From contig OZ024744.1 in assembly GCA_964016885.1 (NCBI GenBank), positions 102,114,001-102,178,000 on the forward strand: a DNA stretch of 64,000 nucleotides, written 5' to 3'. The stretch's first letter is position 1. Every line of letters starts with the position of its first letter. The stretch comes from Eledone cirrhosa (taxonomy: Eukaryota). The translations under genes were made by a program, and so were the position numbers. Under the pieces are notes generated by a model that was not told the DNA's origin, did no database searches, and worked only from the letters and a program-made list of their open reading frames with translations. Of the stretch, positions 25,101 to 37,100 are shown piece after piece.

Positions 25101-28100
25101 AGCTAAGATGATATCGAAGTCGTCTAACATTGCAAAGCAGAATGAAGAACAACAACAAAAACTTCGTTTTCAGAATGAAAAGTTGCGGGTGGATATGAAA
25201 ACGCTTGAAGAAAATTTAAACCAAAAGGTTGAACAACTTGTGAATCAAATGAAGAACAATAAAGCGAAATATCAGAAAGTTATTGAGGTTAGTACTTGTC
25301 TTGAAGAATAACTAGATGATCACAGAGATGCAAATACAGTCATATTAGTTCCATGCTTGGGAATGAAGACACATTTTTGAAAGTATTGGATGTTAGTCCT
25401 TCATCAGGAAAGAGCAAATTTTAGAGAGAGAGAAGGTTGGGAAGGGTGGAGGCTTTTTTAAGATGAGTGAGGAAGATAGGCAAGTAGTGTCCAGCATGTT
25501 GAGGTCAGAGCCGTTGGAGAGTCCAGGCGTATCGTGGGTGTGTATGGCGTTGATGTTACGTTCTTGAAAAGTACATATCAACCAGTTCAATGATTGTATC
25601 ACATTGAAACTTAATTTTAATACTGGAAATTTTTTATAAAATTTTGTCCACCAGTAAAGATACTCCAAATATTTGAATTAACAAACCTGTTTTTAGATAT
25701 TTTATGCTGAATCATTACAGGATATTATGAATAAATCAACCACAATACGTGACTGGTACTTTCTCTTATTGACCATATTAGGATAAAAGACAAAGTTAAT
25801 CTCAGTAACATTTCATTGAAGTACATAAAGACCAAAGCTGCAAGATGGCAGTTATTAAAACATCAGAATATTTTGTGGTGTGTGTCTCTGTGATCTGAGA
25901 TCAATAAACTACCAGTAGTCCAGTATTGTGCTCAATTCTTCTCCTATATCTTCTTCTCAATTCCTCTCTCTCTATTTCTCTCTATTTCTCTCCACTTCTC
26001 ACTCTCTCTCTCTCACTCTCTCCAATCATCTGTGATCAAACCGTGGGACCTCTACAACTCCATCAAGGGTTAAAGACCTATGTTCGTACATAAAGACCGT
26101 AACAAAATACTTTAGGTATTTTGACTGACGCTCTATTTTGCCAATACACTGCCCTATAGTTCTCAATAATTTTAATTATATATCCAACTTAAAGATTGGC
26201 TAACAACCAGATTTTGTATAATTATGCATTAATTTAGTTTAAATCTCAGTTTTTTTTAACTATAATTTTCTTTTGATTTGTTAGTGTAATATTTACTCTA
26301 TATACTCAAATATAAGTCGACCCCATTATTTTATGTTTGAGAAATGTGTAAAAATCCAAACTTTATTTACGTAGAATTTGAAGATGGTAGCTGTCAATAT
26401 TTTGATTTTCACCATCTACCATCGATTCTTTTGGTCACATCTTCCTCAGCATATTCAGTTGAATGCAGTCATTGGATATTTTTAACTATTAAAGTTTAAT
26501 GGCTTAGTTTAATAATTGTTTCTACGTTAGGCACAAGGCCAGCAATTACCCAGTGCATTACTGGTACTTTATTTTATCGACCCCGTAAGGATGAAAGGCA
26601 AAGTTAACCTCGGCTTAGTTTAATAATGTAAGGAAGAGTATATTTTAAAATCAATTTCATTACACTTTAGAATATTAAGATTTCTTTTATGAAGGTGTAA
26701 CATTTCCTTACAGTACATGTTGTGGCATGGACCACATTCAACTAAAATGAAATTAACTGCCTTTTAAATGGCTACAATTATAAATTCAAAACTAGATTGT
26801 GAATATAGATTTCCAACTCATACTTTATTGCACTTGATTAACCTGTTGACTTCTGCGTATATTTTACACAGCCACACAGTTGCTGTGTCAGGTTTTTTGG
26901 GGGGTTTTTTCCCTCAGTAAAATGAAGTTATGAACTGTTAAAACTAGTTATCTTGTCTGTGGCATTGGAATGCATACATGTTAGGATGAGTTATCTAATC
27001 TACGACACTGAAGAGGTTTAAAGTTGTTTGTGTCTGAATGTAGCAATAACAATGTTTATTCTCCACACTCTCATTCTTAACCATTAACCCATTAACCCCC
27101 AAAATATACTATAAAATATTGTTTCTTTTTTTTTTTCTTTGTATATTCAATGTTTCTACATTAAATGTTCTGCTCTATTTTCTTCATAGGAAAATAACAT
27201 TTTAAAGAAAAACACTCCCAAACCTATGTGAGTTAATTTTAACTTTCTTTCAAATTTTTATTTTTTTTAAACAATAATCAAATTAGATATGGAAAACAGT
27301 TTGAAAACTAGATATAATAATTGTTTCTACTTTTGGCACAAGGCCAGCAATTACCCAGTACATTACTGGTACTTTATTTTATCGACCCCGTAAGGATGAA
27401 AGGCAAAGTTAACCTCGGCGGGATTTGAACTCAGAATGGCAAGGGCCGTAACTCTATGCGTCAAAGCATACCGTCCGACTCTCTACCGATACTGCCAATC
27501 CACATAATAATGCCTTCTTGTTGTATGACATATGCACAATGGTTAGAGAGACAAATTGAGATTGGTGAGCCAGAGTAAGGCATCATTTGTAGTATTATAA
27601 GAATGTCCTGAAGCAAGTGTACAGAATCAATTTATGAACCAAAAATGTTGAGCAAATATTTTCTAAATATAGTTGCTACTTGTTGGCAGACTTGTGGCTT
27701 ACTGTGCTTTTTTTTTTTTTTTTTTTTTTTTTTCTCTTAATGAAAATTTGTAATATAATCAATTTCTGTGCCTTTGAATCCTTTTATAATTCATAATAAA
27801 ATAGAAATCACATGTTAAATGAAGAAACATTCTAACAATATTAATTTGTATAATGTTTTTACATGTGAAAGATAAATATTCATGGGCATTATTTAAACTT
27901 GGTGGTGCCCATCTCTCACCACTCAGCTCTGAACACAGCTGATATCTTTCAGAGAAAGAGGAAGACGGGGGAAGAATCAATCGCACTACTTCATTTCAAC
28001 TCAAAAGGATGAAATGAAAGGCAAAGTTGACCTCTGCAGAATTTGAACTCAGACCACAGAGAGTCAGAACAAATACTATAAAGCTTTCTATCCAATGTTC

Positions 28101-31100
28101 TAGCGACTCTACCAATTTGCTGCCATTAACCCTTTCTAATGAAATACACTGTTTTTAATTAATTAATGAAGAATTTCTAGGGATTTACTAAAATTATTTC
28201 ATTACTAAGATACTAAATTAATGTAGGGTTCTTATATAAAATTGTTGGGAGATTTTAATTTAAATTGGAAACCTGTGTTATGGGTGGTTTTATTTCAAAG
28301 AAATTCCAAACATGGAAGCATGGCCTAGAATCAAAAGGCCTTAAAATTAACTTCTCTAAGACTAAAGTTTTAGTTTGTAGGAAAGAAAATAGGGCACTGG
28401 TCCCATCTGGGAAATGGCCATGCTCAGTGTGTAGAAAAGGAGTAGGCAGAAACTCCATTTTATGTCCCAAATGCAAAGTATGGGTGCATAAAAGATGTAG
28501 TGGGATCACAGGTAAGCTAACTAAGAACATAGATTTTATATGTGGCCAGTGCTCTGGTGCAATAAGTAGCAGCAAGTGCCCACAGAATACTAACTCATTC
28601 CATTGCACAGATGGTTCTATAGAAATAGTGGACACCTTCTGTTACCTGGGTGACAAAATCAGCAGTGGGGGAGGGTGCTCTGAAAGTACAGCAGCTAGAG
28701 TCAGAACGGGATGGAAAAAGTTCAGAGAGCTTATACCACTATTGACCGCTAAAGGGTTCTCTCTAAAAATGAAAGGCAGGCTGTATGATGCCTACATACG
28801 AACAGCAATGTTACATGGCAGTGAGACTTGGCCATTCTGTGCAGAGGATATACGCAGACTGGAGAGGAACGAAGCTTGCATGCTCCACTGGATGTGTAAT
28901 AGTAATATACGTGAACGGCAAAGCATAAATGAACTAAGGGAGAAATTAAGAATAAGAGGGATCAGATGTTGTTTACTCGTGAGGACATTACGTTGGTATG
29001 GTCACGTGATGCGCATGAAAGACAATAGCTGTATAAAAAAGTGCAGGGCGATAAAAATAGACGGTAGCCACGGAGTAAGCAGACCCAGAAAAACCTGGGA
29101 CGACTTGATAAATTCCGACCTCACACACTTACACTTCTCCAAGACAATGTCACTGGACCGAGACCTTTGGCGCTACACAGTAATACAGAAGACCCACCTT
29201 GCCCAAGTACAAAGCGAAACCTACAGTCAGTAGGCACCTCTTAACAAAAATACACCCTCGTAATTAATTTTTCAAACATTTCTTTTTTTTTTTTTTTATT
29301 GATTAATTTTGATTATTTCTAGTGATGATAAATTAGTAGAGAAAAAATTGGAATTGCAACAAACACTTAACATTATGGAAAAGGAACTTGCTAAAAACTC
29401 AGTAAGGCTGGAAGTTGCTGATAAACAAAAATTAAAACTGGAATTAAAAGTAAAGGAACTTCAAAATGAAAAAGTAAGAAATAATATTAAAATTAAACTT
29501 TGAAAGATTTATAATGGTTTTCAGTAATTAGTCATGTAAACAGGTGAAGCATGGACACAATGAAACACTGACAATCATGTGTAACCTTAATGCTTTCATT
29601 TAACCCTTTAGCATTCACATTACTCTATATATACTATTATATTTTCACATAAAAGGCTTTACTTCACATAATATCAAATGAGATTTTGATATTATTTATT
29701 TTGAGAACAATACCATAACCCTTTAGCATTTGCATTACTCAATATTTACTATTGTATTTCCATGGTAAAGGCTTTATCTCACATCGTATCATATCTGAGA
29801 TTTTGATATTTATTTTGAGAACAATACCTTAACATAAGTATGAGTAGCCAGTTTGAACAGAAATAGGTGAGAGAATTCTGGCCAGATACGGCTGGTTTAA
29901 CCCTTTAGCATTTACATTACTCTATATATATTATTGTTTTTGTGGTAAAGGCTTTATCTTACATAATATCGAACTACAAAGTTGAACAGAAATAGGTGAG
30001 AGAATTCCAGCCAGATACGGCTGGTTTAAATGCTAAAGGGTTAAGAGATTTCACTGGTTTCATACATTCAACTGCAGCCATGTTGGACCACCTTATGTAT
30101 GTATGTATATACATGAGCAAGACATGGTCACCTGACCTGGTTTATCTCACATCAGAACAATTCGTCTAACCCATGTTAGCATGGAAAATGGATGTTAAAC
30201 TGTTATGATGATGATGACATCAAAGATTATAATTTTTTTCTTCTTCTTCAGGTTAAAAATGATTCAAGCACTGTAAAGAAGTTTAAAGAACAGACTGTTT
30301 CTCTTAAAAATTTACAAAATGATAAATCAAGACTAAATGTAGAAAATGAGAAACTGAACGAGGCATTAAGACAGGCAGAAACTCAGTGTGCTTTGTTCAA
30401 TGTTCAACTGAAAGATTTGTATGAAGAAATAAAAAATAAGGTAAATACACTATTTTTTTTTTTTCTGTATTTTTTCTGGTGATTTTTTTATTTTTTTATT
30501 TTTTTTTTTTATAGCTGTTTCTAAGATCTTTGCTTCCATAATTCATTACAAGACTCCCTTTGGTCACAAATAACCATGGGATTTGCACGTAGAAAGTTGT
30601 CCCTCCAAGGCACAAGTCCAGGCTAGTTTTGTTTGTGGAAGACCAACAGTCACCTATATATAGCATTCTCCCTGCTCTACACCACCATTGTTGTCCAAGA
30701 GAAAGGGAAAGGCTGATACAGCTTGGCACCAGTGCCATTACAACTAATATATACACACAATGTATACATTCATCATCATCATCATCAGTTTAACATACAT
30801 TTTCCACGCTAGAATGGGTTAGAGGAGTTTTCATTTTAGGCAAGTCTGGTTAGGTGACCATGTCTTGCTCATACAAAACTCTTTCTGGTTAGGTTTCTAT
30901 GGCTTGAGACCTTTCCTAACATCAACCATATTTACTGTGTGTGCTGGTCCTTTTTTGTCGTGACACCCACCTGACCACTTTACAGTGTGGGCTTGGTGCT
31001 TTTTTTTCTTATACACTATATATGTCACGACAAAAAAACACAGTCCACGCTGTAATGTGGCTGTGTAGGTAACACGGTAAAAAGCTCCTAAATGTGGTTG

Positions 31101-34100
31101 GTGTTAGGAAGGGCATCCATCCATAGAAAACCTGCCAGATACAGTCCTATACGAACGAGACATGGTCACCCGACCAATCTTGCCTTAAGTGGGACAATTC
31201 CCATCTAACCTATGCTAGCGTGGAAGATAGACGTTAAGCGATGATGATGATGATGTCCAAGGGAAAGGCAAAGGTTGATACAACTTAGCACCAGTGACAT
31301 CGCAGCTCATTTCTACAGCTGAGTGAACTGAAGCAAGATGAAATAAAGTGTCTTATTCAAGGTCACAACACATTGCCTGGTCCAGAAATCAAACTCTCAA
31401 CCTCACGTTTGTAAGCTCAACATTTCATTTTTCTGTTTTTCTTATCAGGAGACTGACGGCAATGAAAAAATTAAAGCGCTCGAAAAAGAATTATTGGTAA
31501 TTATATTCCATTTAATATCTTTTCATTTTTTGACAAATAATTTATTGCAAGCTATTGGTTGGAGCTAATATTTTAGTTGGGTGGGGTGGGGTTGGGGTGG
31601 AGCAGTGCTCAATGAGTGTTAGTAAGGAAATGAAAGTTTGGCTTAAAATTAAAATAGCAAAAAAGATTTACCTAAAGGAGTTATCTTTCCCTTCTCTCAC
31701 GTTTTAAGAAGTATGGAGGGGAGGAGTGCTATTGTGAGACTGTCAAAGGAAAGGCTGTTAGAATGTGTGCTACAGACAAAAACTATACATGCGATGAATG
31801 CCTGTTACTAATGGAGTTATTTTAGGACTGACTGGCAATTCAAACATTCAGAAAAGGGACATTCAGAATAAACCCTAATGGCAAGGTAAAGTTGTAGGAT
31901 TTCGAGAGATAGTTGGATAGATACTAAAATCCTTAGGTTGGATGGGTACTTAAAAAATAAACTGTACATGAAGGTATTTTTCCTGATGACCTTGTGTAGT
32001 GATGTTACTATGAAATATAACAAAGAATTCAAATTAAGTTACTCAATCTGAAAGTAGTAAATATAAAATTACAACAAAAGACTTGTTTCAAACAGAATGG
32101 TGTTATGGTTTGTATTTCTCTTTTATTATCCAATACTATGGGCATATGGTTAGAATGTCTCAGGAAAAAATTGTTGGGACAGATTTTACGGGCAACACCA
32201 ACTGGTAAGACCCAGGGGTAGACCCCGAGCAAATTGGTTGGACAACCAACATCCATGAACTTGGCTGGTCACGCTTTGGAATCCAACTGGATCAGTCGGA
32301 GACGGTTGCTTCTGACAGGGCCCCACTGGAGGGAGTGTTTGAGGACTCTAACGCCCCCATGACCCTTTCAGGAATTTCTGGCTTGTGGTTCAAATACTGC
32401 AAAGAGAAGTTTTTTTGAAACAACAATTATAATCTGTATATATTAGCAAAAAAATGACTTTGTTTATCCCCCAGCTAGCTTTTTGGGGGGATTACAAAGA
32501 GTGTGTAAGAATCATTCATGAAATATATTGCTAGAGGTAGGGAAGATGTTCAGTTTATATGATATAGGGGAACAGAAACACTGTATTCCTTAATCAGTAC
32601 AATCAAATTTAAGGGATTACATACCACACACACACATAACAACTAGCTTCAGTCATGTTCAATCATGGAGACACAAGTCTGGGCAAGGTTGTTTGTAGAA
32701 GACCAGCAGTCACCCATGCATACCAGTCCCTACCTCTCCATGCCACCAATGTTGTTCAAGGGAAAGGCAACGCTTGATACCTGTGTCGTACCAGGCTTAA
32801 AATGCCCAAGAAATTCCATATCTCAATACAGCACCCCTACAACTCCCTCTCAGGAGTTAGATCATACATATATATCATCATCATCATACGTTCGCTTTTC
32901 CCTGCTTGCAAGGGTGGGACGGGAACTGATCCTGGCTTGATTTCTACAGCTGGATGCCCTTCCTAACACCAACCTCATTTACAGTGAGTGCTGGGTGCTT
33001 TTTTGCTGTGGCACCTCCATGACCACTTTACAGTGGAATGATAGGGACCCCAGTCCCTATCATCTCATTTCTACAGCTGAGTAAACTGGAGCAATGTGAA
33101 ATAAAGTGTCTTGCTCAAGGAACCAACACATCACCCGGTCTGAGAATTGAACTCAACCTTTCGATTGCAAGTCCAATGCTCTAACCACTAAGCCATATGC
33201 CTCCATATATATACAACATAAATTACAATCAAATGGTGTTTAAAACATTTAATAGCTTACAATCGTTTCATCCAGATATAAGTCTGGAATCATCAGAGCA
33301 TACAAAGGTTAAAACAAATATAATCCTATTCACTTGAATATTTAGCAGGATACATTATAGGTGAGAAGACTAAGTATAAGTATTAACATCAATATATTAG
33401 AGCAAGAGTATAAAAATTGTAATGAAAAATTATAATGAAGCTATAATATAAATAATGATATACTCCGATGATTCCAGACTTACTTCTGGATGAAATGATC
33501 ATAAGCTATTAAATGTTTTAAACGCCATTTGATTGTAATTTATGTCATATTTCTGCTCTGTATTATACTTGATACATTGAGCTACTGTCTTACTGGTAAT
33601 CGGGTAACATATAATATTACCCTTATTTTATATATATTCCTATATATGAATATAATTATTATTACATACATACATCATCATCATCATCATCATCTTCGTT
33701 TAGCGTCCATCTTCCACGCTAGCATGGGTTAGACGGGAGTTGTCCCACTTGAGGCAAGGCCGGTCGGGTGACCGTCTCGCTCATATAGGACTATATAATA
33801 CATATATATATTATTCACTTACCTGCTTCAATGAGCATATATGTGTAGTCTTATTTTGTCATTCTTTAAATGTATTGTAACTTCTGTGATGATTTCTTTA
33901 AATATATTTCTTATAGTCGGTAAAACAGGAGAATAAAGTTTTGAAGGAAACAAACAAACATGTAAATAATCCTCCACTGACAATAGAAACCCCCCTTGAA
34001 AGACAAGACCCAGCCGGAGCCCCAAATGGAGAGCTTCAAAAAGAGAAGTTTACTTGTACCAAAGTTCCACTTATTGAACATGAGCGAATGTAAGTAAAAA

Positions 34101-37100
34101 ACAAAGCGGATTTCTTTTTGTCTTTGGATGGATGAGTGTGTGTGTGTGTGTGTGTGTATATATATTGCATAAATGCCACTGCGGTATTTGTTATGCCTCT
34201 TTACATTTTGCCCTCCCCTCTCTCTTTCTCTTTCTCTCTCTCTCTCTCGCTCTCTCGCACTCTCTCTCTCAAATTTGGATTCAAATCCCATCAAGGTTAA
34301 CTTTATTGGCCTTGAAAAGATGAGAGGCTAAGTAGCAGTCAAATATTGGAGATAATTTAATCAGTGTGTGTGTGTGTGTGTGTGTGTGCTTGTATCACCC
34401 ACCCACCCACCCCAAAAAATAATTCTTTGCCTCGTGCCTAAATCAGAAACAATTATTTCCTAATTGTCCTGTAACGAGATGAACAACCAACCAAGATGTT
34501 TTCTGGTTATTCTTCTATCTAGCAGAGCAGTGGACTTGGTATATTTATCATGATAGAAGCAGGGCGTTATCTCGAGAAAGAGTCATCTTTACTCAGTATC
34601 ACTTGTATTATGGAGTAGCTGCTTTAAAAAAAATTGCTTGTACTCTCCAGTCACGAAAAATTGTCCCTCTCCCTGCTTATTAAATTTTGCTAATCCCTCT
34701 GGCAAAATTTTATATTAAATGGTTGCAGCTTTAGCATCATTGAAATTAATGTATGCAAGATTTCACAGCTTTAGCATCATTCCTTCATAGGCCAACCAAG
34801 ATACTCTCATGGAATGACCAATTGTGGTTTATTTTTCAGTATAGTCCCTGGAAAGTTATTAAGAGTTGAAATTAATGCATGTAAGATTTCACAGCTTTAG
34901 CATCACTCTTTCCTAGTCAGCCTATGAACTTTTCAGCTGACCTTCATATAAATGAATTTTAAGAATCAGAAAATTGTAGTAATAGCTAGTATATATCTTC
35001 ATGCATGTGGCATTGTCATCATCATCATCACCGTCATCACTATTTTGTTTTTAAAAAAAATTTACTAGTCTCAATTATTTTTCTTAATTTTACTTGAAAA
35101 TCTAATTACAGTCTTGGAGAAAAGAATTCTAAAATAATGCAACTAACTTCTGAATTATCTAAACGAGTGACCGAGACTACAGCCCGAGTTGGAGAGAAAG
35201 ACAATGAAATTCAAGCCTTAACGAGTAAATTAAACAACAATATTAAAGAAGTTGAGGAACTGAAAGAAGAAATTAAAGTTTGGCATGCTAAAAATGATGT
35301 GAGTGGAAAATTGTAAAATTTTATTTGAATTTTGGTTTGAATATTTTTAGACTTCATAAAGTTCAATTTTAGATTTAACCCTATAGCATTTAAACCGGCC
35401 ATATTCGGCCAGAATTCTCTCACCTTTTTCTGCTCAAACTGGCTGTAACCGGCCACTCATACTGATGTTAAGGTACTGTTTTCAAAATTAAATAGAATCT
35501 CGTAAATTCGATATTATGTGAGATAAAGCCTTTCCCCGGAAAATGCAACATTATATATAGAGTAATCATCATCATCAGTGTTTTACGTCGATTCTTCCAT
35601 GCTAGCATGGGTTAAACGAGTTGTTCTGCTGTGGGCAATGTTAGGTCGGCTGACCTTGTCTTGACCCTACAGGAACTGATTTTGGCTCAATTTCTACAGC
35701 TGGATGCCCTTCCTAACACCAACCTCATTTACAGTGAGTGCTGGGTGCTTTTTTCCGTGGCGCCTGCACGTCCACTTCAGTGTGGGCTGGGTGCTTTTTT
35801 GCCATGCCACCTCCACGACCACTTTGCAGTGGGAGGGGGTGGGGGCATATTGTCTATATGCTTCAGCTTGGGCTTTTACCACGTGGGAAGTCGGGTCTTC
35901 TGTATTACTGCGTCCAGAGGTCATGGTCCTGTGTCATCGCCTTTGAGAGGTGCAATTGGTCAAGCTCTGCTTTTATCACCTCATCCTAGGTCTTCTTGGG
36001 TCTCCCCACCCCACGGCTTCCATCAACTTTTAGTGCTCTGCACCTTTTTATGCAGCCATCATGTAAATGTTAAAGGATTAAACAAAGAACTGCCTCATTG
36101 AGGCTGCGAATTGTCAGTCGTTAGAACGTCGGACAGAATGCTTTGTGGTATTTGTTCCGGCTCACTTTTACTCTGAGTTCAAATCTCACCAAGACCAACT
36201 TTGCCTTTCAATAATCTGAGGTCGATAAAAACGGTACCAGTCTAGTACTGGGGGTCGATTCTTTTTCTATATCACTTTTAAGTCACCATCATCCTGTAGT
36301 AACTTTTTATGACCACAATCAACCTTATTTGATAACTGTTATTTCTATACTTCTCGCTCTTTCACTCATTCTCTCACTCATTCTCTCTCTCCATTCTCTC
36401 TCTCTCATTCATTCTCTCTCTCATTCATTCTCTCTCTCATTCATTCTCTCTCTCATTCATTCTCTCTCTCACTCATTCTCTCTCTCCATTCTCTCTCTCT
36501 CTTTCTCTCTTTCTCTCGCTCTCGCTCTCTCTCTCGCTCTCTCTCTCTCTCTCAATGTAGTTTTCCCAATGTAAATAACTACAATAGTAGTCCATCTCTA
36601 TAGGAGAAAATTGCCTCTGGTGACGCAAAAAGACAGGGGCAGCTTTCTTACAGACACCTCTGTCTACTCTTTTCACACTCCAAGAGTACTTTACTCAATT
36701 TACTCAAATATTATTCTAGTCATTTGTGTTGGGACGACTATATTTCAGATTTTCCTAATGTTTCTTAAGTCAAGTGGATGTTTGTATGTAAATCTATTTT
36801 TTTTCCTCCACATGGTAATCAATCAGTTATTTAGTATAATAGGACAGGATAAACTGTATATAAATGTTTAAAATAGCAAGGTAGCCCATATCGGTTGGTT
36901 TGAAAAATAGCTCGATAAAGAAAAAATGAATGAACTGCTAAGAATCCTATTTGAAAGGTCACATTACATGAGTTCAGATTACTGTCTAGCATAGATAATT
37001 TTCCTCTGGAGTTAGGATATCATCATAATTCTTTAATGTCCATTTTCCACCCTAACATGGGTTATACCTATGAAAAACGCAACCTTAGGCCTCCAGGGTG

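Noticed and set aside
25393-25668. Minus-strand ORF, and similarly 31817-32032
   Set aside because: No recognisable motifs or splice support; probably very old LINE debris that I cannot classify.
27420-27503. tRNA gene (also 61200-61260, 63490-63580)
   Set aside because: A/B boxes run into SINE cores; no complete cloverleaf or acceptor stem.
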